64,000 bases of DNA from the human T2T-CHM13v2.0 reference genome, Homo sapiens. The notes beneath the pieces were generated by a model. It was not told the origin of the DNA. It saw nothing but the letters and a program-made list of their open reading frames with translations, and ran no database searches. Below, piece after piece: positions 1-15,792 of the stretch. The position numbers and the translations under genes were made by a program. How positions within the stretch are numbered: the first letter of the stretch is position 1; each line of letters starts with the position of its first letter. The stretch lies in the NCBI GenBank assembly GCA_009914755.4, contig CP068257.2, positions 24,032,001 to 24,096,000 of the forward strand, written 5' to 3'.

Positions 1-752
1 TAATATATCTGTCAAATGAGGATTTTAGTGCAGTGGAGTCATTTCTTACTTAGAAGTTAGGTTCTTAAGGGGAGAATTTATTCATAGTGAAAATTATCCT
101 TAAATTCCTAAGATGATCATAAACTGACCAGGACATCAGCCACCAGTAACTCTAAAGTCAAGTGTGTCTTTTCTTTCTCCTTGCATTTTGGTGTGGCTTC
201 CCTTTCTCTGAAAATAGGATACCAATGTCTCATTAAGAGGAAGGGCCAGATTGTCTAGTTCGAGAGACTGTAAAGACATGTGTCTGCCTCTTTTTCTTTC
301 TCCCCTACTCTCTAAATCTAGTATGGTTAGACGATAATGAGATAGATGACCATAATATCTAGCTCCAAATTAGTTCCTACCTCATTGGGTTACTTTCTAT
401 TAATATACATATTTATCCATAATAAATACTGGGTGGCATTATTTTATTTGTCAATGCCAACCCTGTGCAACTTTTTATATTTGTTAGTATATGTGCTAAT
501 CTGTTCTCCCACTGCTATAAATAAATAAATACCTGAAACTGTGTAATTTATAAAGACAAGAGGTTGAACTGGCTCACGGTTCTGCAGGCTGTACAGGAAG
601 CATAGTGGCTTCTGCTTCTGGGGAGGCCTCAGGAAGCTTCCAATCATGGAGGAAGGCGAAGGGGGCACAGGCGTCTCACATGGTGTGACAGGCATCTCAC
701 ATGGTGTGAGCTAGAGCAAGAGAGAAAGTGGGGAGGTGCTACACACTTTTTG

Positions 753-1332
<580 letters not shown>

Positions 1333-1524
1333 TTAGGAATTACAACTGAACATGAGATTTGGGTGGGACACAGATCTAAACCATATCAGTATAATAATTG
1401 TCTTTCAGTAACTATCAAAACCACATGGCCATAAATTTTTATTTTTATGAAACTTATGATATAACTGATATCCATACTTTTTATAATTTGCTTTTATACA
1501 TGATAATGTGATACTATACATTTA

Positions 1525-1893
<369 letters not shown>

Positions 1894-2619
1894 TCATGTT
1901 TTCAATTAAAAGTGTTAATTTAAATAACACCTTTATAGTAATTTTAAAATTGTCATAATATAAAGTATATATTCTTAGTCAAACCAGACTATCTTAGATG
2001 AGTAATAGAGAATACAAAAACTTTTGTTTTTAAAGTTGGGAGGAAAAGAAACACAAAAGGTTTCATTTGACTGGGAATTATTTGACTTGGAGTTGTTAGC
2101 AGTTATGAAAATAATCATCTCTTCACCTTATTTTATGAACTTCTGCCAGTGCTTTTGGAACATGTTCATAACTGTTAAAGATGTTCTGAGGCTAACTTTA
2201 AGACAATTGTTGACCTCAACCAGCAGGCCTACATGACCATTTTCTTTTGTTTATTTTCCTATTTAATTTGTTCTGGAAAAGTGAAGAAAAAATAAAAATC
2301 ACTTCAAGAATGCAGCCAACAGGGGCTATACCTAACATCTGCTAGTGATATGCTGATATAAAATCCAACATTTTGTTTTTATAAAAAGAGTTATTAGGTA
2401 CAAGTTTTGTAAAAAGGAACTCTAAGACTAGAAAGGCTAAAACAAGGTAGAAATCTTATAAATTTTTTTAATTTAAAGATTCAGAGCTTTCTGTTCAAAT
2501 AAGTTCCACATAAGTGACCATACATTTTAAATATTTTTACTTAATTTGTTGGTAAACCCTGAAGTAAATAGAATTAGAGGAAGAAAGGTAGCTAGAAGGA
2601 GAAGATACTTAAAATCACA

Positions 2620-2762
2620 AAAATAGGTACAATGTATGTTTGGATGACGGCTACACTAAAAGCCCAGACTTCACCACTACACAATATACCCATGTAACAA
2701 AATTGCACTTGTGCCCCTTAAATTTATACACACAAAAAGAAAAAAAAAAGGAAATAAATATT
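2620..2762 (+). mobile_element. L1 3'-end fragment
   Basis: ..caatatacccatgtaacaaaattgcacttgtgcccc..A-rich resembles the L1 3'UTR terminus. Confidence 0.5.
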
Positions 2763-3508
2763 CAGCTACTAAGAAATACTACCGATAATTAATTTATTAA
2801 AGCTAATTCCCTTTATAATTTTTTGCCTACATAATTTTGCCAATTCAACTAATCCTCTTTTTTAACATCTGTGATACATCGTTTTTCTGTTCAAATATTA
2901 ATATACACATAAAAAATGTACAAGGGAATTAACAAAATTCCTGAAGCTAACAGCTGTTATTTTTCACAGAAATTTTATAGTAATTTTTGACAATTTAAGA
3001 AATGTTTCTTAAAGGAAATTTTAACAAGTAGAAAACTGTAATTGAGAAAGAGAAAATGATTTTCTTTCTCAATGATTCCTGAAACCCAGTTCCTAAATCT
3101 TATAATCTCAGAGTGTACTAAAGTTTGCCTGAAATGAAGGAAGGCCAGAACCTACTGAAGAAAATAAACATTCTCAGTAGGCAGTGTGATGTTTGAAAAG
3201 TTCAAAGGTATGATGATACAGAGGGAACAAAGATTATCTTTCCCTATTTTGCCCCGAGGTTTTCCTCGACTGGTTTTCAGGGAATTTGAGTCTTCATTGT
3301 TTTCTCTAAAAAGTGTAATAAAATATTTCAGAAATCACAAGAATTGTCAGTCATAAGTAGAGTTTCTCCGAGGGCATTAATTCACACAGTGTTAAAGGAG
3401 ACAAACAGACTTTTTCAAAGTATACTTTGAAAGTTTCACAGAACAATGGTTTGGCATTGGAATCACTGGCAAAAATGTTCAGAGATTTTGTCATCAAAAA
3501 TAGGAGTA

Positions 3509-3793
3509 GGCCAGGCGCGGTGGCACTTTGGCAGGCCGAGGCAGGTGGATCACTTGAGGTCAGGAGTTTGAGAACAGCCATGGTGAAACCCTGTCTCTAC
3601 TAAAAATACAAAAATTAGCCGGGTGTGGTGACGCATGCCTGTAATCCCAGCTACTCAGGAGGCTGAGGCATGAGAATCATTTGAACTCAGGAGGTGGAGG
3701 TTGCAGTGAGCCGAGATTGCACCATTGCACTCCAGCCTGGGCAATAGAGCGAGACTCAGTCTCAAAAATTTAAAAAATAAAAAATAAATAAAA
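3509..3793 (+). mobile_element. Alu with a small internal deletion in the left monomer
   Basis: ggccaggcgcggtggc|actttgg.. Confidence 0.85.
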
Positions 3794-4357
3794 GTAGGAG
3801 TAAAGCAACAAGGTAGGTCCCGTCTTCCCTACCTCACTGAAGAGGATTCTGGCTTGGTCTCCTGTCTCATTCCTTCCTCTGCTCTCTGAAGATTCAGACT
3901 CTATCTTTGGAGTCTATAACATGTGGGAAGCAGAAGAGAAGCTAGGAAATAAAGGAATGCAGGAGAAGAAAGGGATATGGGGGAAGAGAAAAGAAAGAAC
4001 AGCTGCTATGTGATCAAAGTGTGTGGAAAAGGATATTTAAAAAGATTGCATGGACCCCTTTCATGGTTCTTGAAATATACAAGCAAAAGAGTTCTTTTGA
4101 AATGACTCCCTGGTGGACTTGACACCTCTCTAAGATTGAGCCACATGGGTCACTGCTTTCTACAGACATATTTACAGCTGTCAATAGAAAGGATCAGTTC
4201 AGTCCTGTACTCTTCACATAGACACCACGTTTGCCAGTTTCCCTATTGAATATGTTTGCCATTTAGAGCTATTGAACCTGCATATCACTGGTTTTCCTGT
4301 TATACTAGAAATCTAGTAATTTGTGTCCCACAGACTTTTGCAAATTAAAAAAATATA

Positions 4358-4607
<250 letters not shown>

Positions 4608-4959
4608 GTTCTGCAAATTTTAACTTCACAATTAGATTTGCTGTCCAGGCTTTTAAGGGAAAAAAGAAATTCTCCAGAATAGCGTGTGCTCCTTAAGAGT
4701 GATAAAATCTAGCACAATGGAAGACTAATTTACATGTTGATATATAGAGATGAATAAATCAAAGAAGAGTTGTCATGTCATATGAAAGATTTCTCTCTCC
4801 TTTCCAGGAGTATAATCAATTCTCTTTCATAGTTACACAATTCTGATTTTATACAAACTTTTCAAAATCCTAGAATTCATGGTTCTTTGCCATTCTTTAT
4901 AGTCTATTGGTTTATTCCTGTTCCTGGTTGTTCAAACTGGTCTAAGTCTAGAGCAATGG

Positions 4960-5170
4960 TTCTCAACCAGGAGTGATTTCTTTACACCCATCTCTCAGGG
5001 GACATTTACTATTTAGGGACATTTTTAGTTGTCATCACTTGGGGGCATGGTGATACCGGCATCTAGTGGGTAGAAGCCAGGGATACTGCAAAACATCCTA
5101 CAGTGCACAGGACAGCCCCCTACAACAAAGAATGATTGAGTGCCAGATATCACTAGTGTCAAGATGAAGA
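4960..5170 (+). repeat. Ancient mammalian interspersed repeat (family not assigned); a second copy lies at 57690-57915
   Basis: Both copies share ..gacatttggcaatgtct..gacatttttggttgtc.. ..ctactggc..cagggatgctgc.aaacatcctacaatgcacagga.cagccc..acaacaaagaattat.. Confidence 0.4.
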
Positions 5171-5439
5171 AACCCTCACCTAGACCTCCCCTCTGGGGTT
5201 ACGTTGGTGTCCTACTTTCCTAGATCAGCCTCTTAGCTTCCACCTTCCTTTTGTGCTTCAGAGCCAGTCTTTTGCCTTCATTCTAACCACCAATTTCTCA
5301 AACTCTCCTGTCTTCATTAGACCAATGAAACTTTCCACCTGGAATCTTTGTTAATCTGCAATCCTTGCTAGTGTTCAGCTTGCGGGGATCACGGTGTGGG
5401 CCTAGTATAGCACAGTAATTAACTATGTGGGCTTCAGGT

Positions 5440-5640
5440 ACTGACTGAGTCCAAAGCCAAATGCCACCGCTTACTTCTTCTATGATCATGGCCATGTTTC
5501 TTACTCTCTTTGTGCCTCAGTTTTCCCACCCTCAAAAATGTGAGTACAAATGGTACCCTGCCACAGAGAATTGTAAGAGTCAAATGAGTTAATACTTGTA
5601 AAGCGCCAAGTGCTTAATAAATGTTAGCTATTATTATCCT
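5440..5640 (+). mobile_element. MIR SINE
   Basis: ..gtgcctcagttttccc..gagttaatacttgtaaagcgccaagtgcttaataaatgttagctattattat matches the MIR 3' consensus. Confidence 0.65.
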
Positions 5641-6305
5641 TTCTCAAGGGTCCATCAAGGTCCTTGTCCTCTAAGTTACTTCCTTCTCTGTACTCTAAGT
5701 CTGGAAAGCAGGTGTAATTTACTCATGATGGTTTCTCTTAAATGTTTGCCTAAATTGTGAATGTTTTCCATTAATCTAATGGCTAGGACTTTTGATGTGG
5801 AAAGGCAGAACATACCCTATTTTTCTCTCTCAGGTTTGGCTGTCCATATCTCTTCCCTGAGCACTTTGTGGCATAAAGGTGAGAGATGGGAAAGAGATGG
5901 AAGGAAAAATACTTCAGAACATTTTCATGGATGACTCACAATTCTTAGTCTGCAGATGGAAGCTGATGAATGAAGGGATGAGAGGATGGGTGCATCATGG
6001 GCAGCACCTAAGTTTCTGGTGTGAGTGGCCACATGGAATGTGATGCTTTACATAGAGATGGGATTTGTAAAAATAAGACAAAGTTTGGGGGCAAGCTGAT
6101 CAGTTTTGCCTATGAGTTTGTGGTAATTGTGGGAAATGGAAATACAGATGTCCAGCAGAAAGCTGGGCTTACAAATTTAATTTCAAGAGACAGATTGGAG
6201 CTGGAGATGTGGAGTTATGACTTTTTAGCAAATAAATGCTAGTTGGGTCAATGAGAGTACAAAATACTCCATAAAAAGGAGGTAGTTTAGTCAGAAAAGC
6301 AGTTT

Positions 6306-6359
6306 CTGGATGGATGGATGGATGGATGGATGACGATCGATGGATGGATGGATGGATGG
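6306..6359 (+). repeat. (GGAT)n tetranucleotide microsatellite
   Basis: Seen in sequence. Confidence 0.9.
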
Positions 6360-6790
6360 GCAGAACAAGGAGGAGGAAGAAGAACTCACAAAGCAGACAG
6401 AATGAAGCACCAGGATCAGAACAGAAGGATGAAGACTAGGAGAGAATCAAGTTACAGAATACAAGGGAGTCAACAGAGTCACATGTCATAGAGAGGTCAG
6501 GTAAGATACAGACTGAAAAGTGTCCGTTAGATATGCCAACAGATAGGTCATTTTCGTCTTGGTGAAAACAGGGTCAGTAGACCACAGGAAGACAGAGAAC
6601 AGATGGTAGCATGAGTGGAGAAATAGCATTTCAAGTAAACTATAGAAATATATAGTCGAGAAATAACCTTCTTTAGATTTTCATGATAGGCTTAATTCAT
6701 TCTTACATCATGTATAATTTTTTGGGTGAATAACGAAGGACAGCAGTTGGATTGTTTTGCCTAAATTGTCTACTTGAGATGACCAATGTA

Positions 6791-7141
6791 TTTGTTCTCA
6801 CTCTGCTAATAAAGACATACCCGAGACTGGGTACTTCATAAAGGAAAGAGGTTTAATTGACTCACAGTTCAGCATGGCTGGGGAGGCCTCAGGAAACTTA
6901 CAATCGTGGCAGAAGGGGAAGCAAATACATCCTTTTTCACATGGCAGCAGCAAGGAGAAGTGCAGAGTGAAGGTGGGGAAAAGCCCCTTATAAAACCATC
7001 AGATCTCGTGAGAACTCACTCACTGTCACGAGAACAGCATGGTTCAATTACCTCCCACCAGGTTCCTCCCACAACACATGGGGATTATGGAAACTACAGT
7101 TCAAGATGAGATTTGAGTGGGGACACAGCCAAACCATATCA
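6791..7141 (-). mobile_element. THE1-type MaLR solo LTR
   Basis: + strand ..aaagacatacccgagactgggta..tgatatggtttggctgtgtcccc (reverse complement) matches THE1B. Confidence 0.75.
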
Positions 7142-7238
7142 ACCAACAATAATGCTTTGCATTATTCTGAGTTTGAAACAATTAATACCAATCCAATATT
7201 GTATACTTACAATACTTTCCCCAAAGAATTGCTTGCCT

Positions 7239-7588
<350 letters not shown>

Positions 7589-9421
7589 TTACTGGACTTT
7601 TCTCATTAGTATACAATAAGGAATGGGCTCATTTATTCAACAAACATTTATTGTGTCTTGCTTTATGCCAGGCACTGTTCTGAGTGTTTGCGTTAATTTC
7701 AGAGACTATAACAGGCGACAGACTTGCACTTGTAGCATTTATATTTTAGATATGTATACTTATAGGAAAGTATTTAAATTATTTTTAAACGTGGTCATTA
7801 CACTGGAGTATAGAATGACATCCATAAAGAAAGTGATGTAGATCAAAGACGGAATTAGAAAGTTATATTGATACTTTCTGATACTTTCTTCTTTAGTACT
7901 AATAATGCCTACCACACCAGGTTATTTTGAATATTGAATTTTACAGCATAAAAGCAAGTATGTGAAGGTGAAATGGGAGAGTTCCCTGATCCCCCTCGCA
8001 GGACGTGCGACAGGGGTGTGGCTCACCTGTTCTGTAGCCACCGCTGCTTGAATCCCTGAGGGGAGGGGTAGCATGCAGACAGACAGCTGCAGGAGCCCAT
8101 GTGGGTGTGTGTTACAATGTGCCCTTTTAGCCTTGCCATCCACAGATGGCCTGAGTGTTAACCAGCTAAACGGACCCTCTGCCTTTTCGCATGGGCCGAG
8201 GGCCAGTGTGACAGCTTTCTGTATCCTGAGCTCTTGCCCAGCATCCCAGAAAAATCGGGTCACACACGGGGTTGAAGGATGAATGCAGGGTTTTATTGAG
8301 TGGTGGAGGTAGCTTTCAGCAGGATGGATGGGGAGCTGGAAGAAGGGATGGAGTGGGAAGATGGTCTTTTCCTGGAGTTTGGCCATCCAGAGGCCGAATA
8401 CTTCTCTGACCACCCCCAGTCGAACTCCTCTCGGTGTTCAGACGTCTCTCCTCATCTATCTTTCTTTGCCCTGTTGTTCCGCCATTTGTCTGCTTGTCTC
8501 CTCATCTCCTCGCCTGCTCATCTGCTTCTAGAACCTGGGATTTGGGGTTTATATAGGTACAGGACAGGGGCATGGTGGGACAAAAGGCAACTTTTGGGGC
8601 ATGAAAACAGGAATGCCTGTCCCCTTTGAGGGTCACGGGTCTCCAGGCCTGAGGGTGGGGCCTTTGCCAGGGAACTGCCTTCTTCTACCCAGTACTTCCC
8701 TGTCTCCTATCTGTATCAAAGGTGCCTTTTTAAATGAAAATTTCTGTGTTAGTTTAAGGGAGTGATAATAAGCAACAGCAGCGTCATGTAACTATTAGAT
8801 CACAGTAGTGGTAGCCACCACAGTCAGTTACTTCAGTCTATAGACCGGCTCTCAAAAATCATTGAAATGTTTTGGGGAAAAAAATAAAGATGTTCTGCTT
8901 GAATTTTTCATCATAATTTCATATACAGCTTATATACATTTATTATATATATATACAAATTTCATCAAAAGTATGTAAAATGACTCATTTCTATATGACA
9001 TGGGTATTGTCAAGGATAAATTCATAAAGCTATTTATACTTTTAAATAAGCCTAAAGAGAATTAGCTTTTATTTGTGGGGCAATACCGTGTGACACTAGA
9101 TTGCATATTAAGCTGAATTAAGGATGTAAGTTATTTTTCAATGATCGGGCTGGCAGGAGTGTGTTGTCTGGGGTGGGGTCCAAATAGATGCATGGATTCT
9201 ACTTTGGAAAATGCTTAAAGGCCAAAGCTACAATCTAGAAAATAAACATGTATAGTTTCATTTGCTTTTTCCTATTTTGATCCTTTAAAACTATGTGTTA
9301 TGAATTGGGTAAACTTGTCACCAAACTTTAGGACAGTTTTCTTGACTATTGCATCCCATTCAGACATTTGAAAATGAACTTTTGTATAATTTTAATTATC
9401 CTATCTGTTTTAATCTTTCAG

Positions 9422-9487
9422 ATCATAAGGCCTATGGGTTTTCTGCCCCAAAAGACCAACAAGTAGTCACAGCAGTAGAGTACCAAG
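9422..9487 (+). CDS. JAM2: JAM2 coding exon 2 (66 nt); encodes ..HKAYGFSAPKDQQVVTAVEYQ, start of Ig domain 1
   Basis: In-frame translation matches remembered JAM-B protein; acceptor tttcag| at 9419-9421, donor |gtacag at 9488; phase-compatible with next exon. Confidence 0.88.
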
Positions 9488-10120
9488 GTACAGTATCTTA
9501 CTGATTTTCACAGGCTGTATTGTTTAAATAACTCACGAGAGTGACTCGTGTGATGTTATTTTCTATTTGTTGGGATTCTCTGCCTTACCTTCTACTAATT
9601 CCTCTGCCTGAAATGCTGCTTCATGCTGACTCCACCTCAAGAACATTTACTCCACCTCCTCAGTGGAAATTTTCGATATTCAATAAAAGACCGGATGTGC
9701 AAAGAAGGTCTCCTATAACTTAAATTATCTGCACAAAGCAAATCTAATTTGTGAAACTGGGAGATGGAGAGCTTGGAAAGTTTCTAGCCAGCTAGATATG
9801 ATACATAGAAATGAACACTTCAAACTCCACTCTGTGTATTTAAGGTGATGTTAATATAGCTTACTTTGGGGTACCATGTTCTTATCTATTTTAGCTTCTT
9901 AAAAATGTTTATAAGGAGGAGTTAATTTAAGAGCATAAAGTTTCTGTTTTGCAAGATAAAATAGTTCTGGAGATTGTTATATGCACAACAATATACTTAA
10001 TACTACTGAACTATACAGTTAAAAATGGTCAAGATGGTGAATTTTACGTTTATTTTGCCACAGTTAAAAAATTGTCAAAAGAAACTAGTAACCTATATAT
10101 GGGCTTTTTAATAAGCTTTC

Positions 10121-10436
10121 ATTGTTGTTGTTGTTGTTTTGTTTTGCTTTATTTTGTTTGAGATAGGATCTCCATCTGTCACCCACACTGGAGTGCAGTG
10201 TGGCATGATCTCGGCTCACCGCAACCTCTACCTCCGGGGTCAAGTGATCCTCCCACCTCAGCCACCCAAGATTACAGGCACAGGCCACCATGTCTGGCTA
10301 ATTTTTTGTATTTTTTTGTAGAAACAGGGTTTCACCACATTGCCCAAGCTGGTCTTGTACTCCTGGGCTCAAGCAGTCTGCCCACCTTGGCCTCCCAAAC
10401 TGCTGGGATTACAAGCATGAACAACCACACCTGCCC
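10121..10436 (-). mobile_element. Alu (S) with a (TTG)n-degenerated tail
   Basis: Reverse orientation. Confidence 0.85.
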
Positions 10437-10804
10437 TATAAGTTTATTTCAAATATTGATCACCTACTACTTTTCCAAAGGATCCTTTATCTTTTATACA
10501 ATTAATAATATTGGGCAATCAGAAGAATTACTATTTCTTAAATTTAATACTTGTTTAGGCCAGAGCTTATTAACATTTAAGAAACAGATCCTAAATGTCT
10601 GATCTCTCATCATCAGGTATGTCTTAGGTTCCTGGAGCTGGAGAAAGATAGGTTTGAAGGAAAGAGACAAAGATTGAAGTAAAGGCCTGGAGTGGGGGGA
10701 ATTAAATGAGTTAATATTTACATAGTGCTTTCAATAGTGCCTAACACATAATATGAATTATGTGTGCTTGTTAAGTAAAAATATGCTGTAGTAAGAATCA
10801 GTCC

Positions 10805-11088
10805 TGGCTGGGAGTGGTGGCTCATGCCTGTAATCTCAAACTCCTGAGGCCAGGAGTTTGAGATAAGCCTGGAAAACATGAAGACCCTGTTTCTACAAAA
10901 AAACAAACAAATTAGACAGACATGTGGTGCACACCTGTTGTCCCAGCTACTCAGGAGGCTGAGGCAGGTGGATGGATCACTTGAGTGCAGGAGTTTGAGG
11001 CTGCAGTGAGCCATGACCATGCCAGTGCACTCCAGCCTGGACAACAAAGAGAGAGAATGTCTCAAAAAAAAAAAAAAAAAAAAAAAAG
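10805..11088 (+). mobile_element. Alu (J/S)
   Basis: ggctgggagtggtggctcatgcc..A25. Confidence 0.85.
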
Positions 11089-13782
11089 TTCATCATTTTA
11101 AAAAATGAGTAATTTAATAACAAATTACTTAAAAAATTATTAGGTTAACTAAGTTCTCTTAAGTTCTAACATTTTATATGCTTAAGCTATAGAACACTCT
11201 GGTATGAGTTAGTTTTAAACGGAGAGAGGTGGGAAGAGGAAATTAACGATTGAGGGAATTTGGGACTATGGAGCACCTCCAGGATGGATAAACAGGGCTG
11301 GGTGAGATGCCAGAATGGAAGCTGGAAAGGCCACAAGGGTGAGCACAGAGTGCGAGAGGGGTAAATGGACCAGGATGTCCCTGAGGGACCAAGGAAGTGA
11401 AGTTCAGTTCCACTTCTCACTTTCTTGGAGGTTCTTAATGCTGGGTCCAACTGGGTGCAGTGGATGTATATCCTCTCCCATCATATCTGAGTTAGGACAT
11501 CAAAATTATATTCTTTAACCTTACATTATTTTTTAAAAAATGTATCAAGGTGAATTTCACATAACCTGAGATTTGTAGTTTTTAAGTGAACAATTCAGTG
11601 GCATTTGACACATTCACAGTTTTGTGCAACCACCACCTCTACCTAGTTCCAAAATGTTTTCATCACTCCAAAACAAAACCCTGTACCCATCTGCATTACT
11701 TTTTAATGCATGTTTTATTTTTAATATAGAAAATCCTTCCATAATGTATTGCAAGCAAATGTTAATCTCACTCCAAAATAAGTGTTTTCTATTTTCTTGT
11801 TTCATCTCACCTCTTTTTAATTAAGAATTTCATTTTAATTCTATTGTATATGTGTCTCCATCATTCCAGTTTTGGCTCTTCATAAGGCATAAATACATTT
11901 CTGTTTCTTCTACATTTTAGTCTTAGGACTAGATGCAGTAACTTAATTTTGCCGTAAGTCTATAATATTTTATGATTTGTGTATATGTGTATGTGTGTTT
12001 CACCCTATTTGTTCATTTGTTATGCCTTGTTTCTCTGAGGTCAAGAAATTATGAATTAATTCCTTCTTTCCAGCGCTGCTGTGCTGTATCACTTCCCATG
12101 ATAGTGCCAAGAGCAGAAGGAGACTGAAATCAGGGCAGCTCTGCCAGGCTTGTAAATTACATGAGCAGCCCTCTGCAAAGGGAGTCTAAACCTGAAAGCT
12201 ATAAATTAGAGTTTAATAGCAAGCATTTCTTCACAGAAGTAATTTCTGCTAAGTCAGAGCTATTTTGGTAGTATCAATTCTCTTTTTGTGTTATGTATGA
12301 TTTTGATGATTTTTAACTTGAGCCCTGAGAATGAAATCAAAGGATAATTAGCAGTACAGAATCCAGGAAAATTAAAATTCATAATGATTCTATCTATGCG
12401 ATTCCTAAATGTGATTATTTTGCCACATGTTGTTGCTAATGCTTTTTATAAACAAAGAATTCTCTTTTCTTGATCTAAAGGAAATAGATATTTTGGCAAT
12501 GAAATAATCCCCTTAATAGAAAAGACTTGGCATATTTTCCTGTTTTTAATATGCCTTAGGTTGAGAAAATATAATTTATATCTATATTTTTTGCTATCTC
12601 CTACAGAGATAACATTTTATTTCAAATTGGAGTGATTTATAGGTAAATTTGTGATGGTATAAAGTATATATTTCTACGTCAAGGCAAGCTTGCAACTATA
12701 ACTAAGAGAAATTCTTCAAGGGTGAAAACAATAATGACCATTTACAGAGCACATACTATATGTAAGGTGGTGCCATGTGCATCACACATGTAAATATAGT
12801 GTCTCATTTAATCTTAGTGACAACTTTGTAAGATGAGTACTGTTCTTTTTATCATTTTACAGATGTGGATATAATGTTCAAAAAAAGTAATTCTCCCAAT
12901 ATCACATACGGAGTATATGGTAGAGGTCTAACTCTGAAGCCTCTGCTATAAGCTACCATGTTATAGCGCAATAACCCTAAAGCCTGATACAGAAAATTAT
13001 GCTGGCATAAGTACTGAATTTTGGCTGAAGAGAGAGAAGAGAATTCATGAGAGTTAGGTTGTAAGTTCATTTACTTCCTTATCCTCAGATATTGACCCCA
13101 TGATTCCAGTATTTTTATTCTCTGCATTTGTTTCTTATGGCTGCCATTACAAAATACTACAAACCAGGTGACTTAAAACAATAGAAATTTATTCTCTCAT
13201 GGTTCTGGAGGCTAGAAGTTCAAAATCAAGGCATTAGTACCCAAGGGCCTAGGCACTGGCTCTTTCCTTGCTTGGGATCTTCTTTCTCAAAGAACCATAT
13301 AATGAATTCTCTCCCTCTTTTAAACCTTTGGTCAAATATCACCTTCTAAATAAGGTGAACTCTGGCTACTGTTTTTCAAAAATTGTAGCCCTGTCCCTAG
13401 CACTTGCAAACCCCCTGTACTCTGCTCTGCTCTCTTTTGTCTTCATAACCCTCATCAACTGCTAACGTACTAAGTAATTCACTTTATTATGTTTCTTGTT
13501 TATCTGACTTCCCCTGTTAAATTGTAAGATCCCAAAGGGCAAGGATCTTTGTTTCGTTCACTGATACAGCTCAAGAACAATGCATGGCAGACAGTAAGTA
13601 CTCAACCTATTTTGGATGAATTGGATAAACCATTTCTCGACATTTTACATGGCCAGCGAGAGAGAGGCTGGAGTGAAGTCACTGGACTTAGGAAAATTAT
13701 TGCTATATTTTCTAGTATAAGTTTCATAGAGGTTTTTCCACAGCGCAATAAGGACAGAAATTAGGAAGAATTCACCAGGAGG

Positions 13783-13783
13783 G

Positions 13784-13818
<35 letters not shown>

Positions 13819-13853
13819 TGTGCACGCGCCCACACGCACGCACACACACATGC
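13783..13853 (+). repeat. (GT)n dinucleotide microsatellite, degenerating into (GCAC)n
   Basis: Seen in sequence. Confidence 0.9.
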
Positions 13854-15059
13854 GTATCTAAATATGTAAAACAATGCAATTATTTAAGTGTAAAATTACT
13901 CTTAAGACACAGAAGACATGAGGAATAGGCTAAAAATGAGTGTGGGTGTGTGTTTAATTGTTGGAAACTCACAAAATACCGGAAGGAAACCTATCTACAA
14001 CTCAAGACTCCGGAAGGTCACCACCCATTCTCCTTAATCAACAGAAAAGAACTGTGTTTCCTCAGACAGGTCCCTTAGCACACGTTTGTCTTTGTAGCAT
14101 AATTGTAAACATGTCTGTAAAATGATGTCTCTTTGTAATGTAAAACCTGCTTTAAAAACTTTAGACATTCTTGAAAACAACTTTTGGTTCTTTTCTTCCT
14201 TGCCTTTCTTTTCTCTGCCCTACTTTCTATTTTCCATTACCTTTTATTCCATTTTTGTATGTCCAGCAATATGTGTGGAATGAAAAAAATTAGAAACTAA
14301 ATATTCTGCATTCTTTTTTAACATTCATTTGCTTAACATTAAAATCAAAGGTATGAAAAGGATTTTAAAATAATTTCTGGTCAAAGATACTGTGCTTTTT
14401 TAGGTCAAACCATATGCCTTGTGGGGAAAAAAGTATTTCAGAAACATGGAATTGACATTCTAGAGAGCCTGGTTAAAAAAATACTTTTAAAAATATTTAT
14501 AACTGGAGGTTTCCATTTGGCAACTTGAGGCAGTTCCCAGACTGGCACTGGGTTTTTTGTTTTTTTTTTTTTCTCTCAGACATCTCGTTTGGACAGTGAA
14601 AAGAAGGGGGTTCCTTTGGAGGCTCCAAGTATTAATGACACAATTGCAGTAAATTTCTTGTAATAAAAGAACTTAGCTACATTGAGGCAGTTACACTTGA
14701 TGCTAAGATTTAATACTTTAATAATTATCTGGACTGAGGCAAGGTTATATAGGCAGTTGTTTGGGGGTAAAAATCAATGATTTATTAGGAGACCATATTG
14801 GATAGGTATTAATGTATTTGTAGAGAAGGTTGACAAAGAAGGGATCTGAGTGAGAATATAGCATGTTGTGGAAACTTTTCTGAGTTTCCCAGCATGTCCC
14901 TGGCTGGATTCAGTGCCTTTCTTGGGTACTAAGCATGAATCACCATCTGCATAGCTGGTATTCAGCAACACTGGGCTGAAACGCCATTATCTTAGTTGCC
15001 TCTTCTACCAGATGGTAGACTCCTTCAAGACTGACACTGGGAATAATAAGACACATAGT

Positions 15060-15270
15060 TAATCATAGCTGCCATTTGTTAAGTCCTTACTATGTCCAAG
15101 CCTGTGTGCTTTGCATATCTTATTGCATTTGAAGACTCACAACAACTCTGTGAAATACTAGCCCATTTACAGATGAAAACTCAAACTTGATAACCAGGGA
15201 AATAAGCACAGTGTCATACAGTTACTATGTGGAAGAGCTAGAAGGCTTCCAATTCATGGGACCTGTTGAT
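15060..15270 (-). mobile_element. MIR SINE core fragment
   Basis: ..ctgccatttgttaagtccttactatgtccaagc..tcacaacaactctgtgaaatactagcccatttacagatgaaaactca.. Confidence 0.55.
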
Positions 15271-15405
15271 GTAATTTATGAATGAATGAATGAATAAAAC
15301 TATAAAGGAGTAATTTAAAGTTGTTTACAATTTTGTTACCTAGTTAAGTAAAATATAAATTCATGGGGACAATTAGAAAACAAGTATTTTTATTGTTGTT
15401 CCTAG

Positions 15406-15513
15406 AGGCTATTTTAGCCTGCAAAACCCCAAAGAAGACTGTTTCCTCCAGATTAGAGTGGAAGAAACTGGGTCGGAGTGTCTCCTTTGTCTACTATCAA
15501 CAGACTCTTCAAG
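15406..15513 (+). CDS. JAM2: JAM2 coding exon 3 (108 nt); EAILACKTPKKTVSSRLEWKKLGRSVSFVYYQQTLQ
   Basis: Translation matches JAM2; acceptor cctag|, donor |gtaagc. Confidence 0.9.
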
Positions 15514-15792
15514 GTAAGCAGCTGTAGGCTTGAAGAGGTGTGAGCAAGAGAATGCCAAGTACAACCAGGATCCTTTAATTGGCAAATGAGATCGGACATG
15601 ACTGATTACTGAAAATGTGTTTTTGTAAGTGTGAGATGAAAGCAACCATGTCTGAGACATAAAACACAATAGCCACAAAAGCAGAGAACAGAGGGAGGTG
15701 AAGCCCACTGAATCCCTGGACTCTTCTCTCTCAACTCAGGCATAAAGTATGCAAAATGCAATTGCTCTTATTGGCTCAGTAGATTAAACTCC

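Noticed and set aside
7922-8413. 163-aa ORF on the – strand
   Set aside because: No recognisable protein similarity, no flanking splice signals or Kozak context; kept only as a low-interest finding about the GC-rich block
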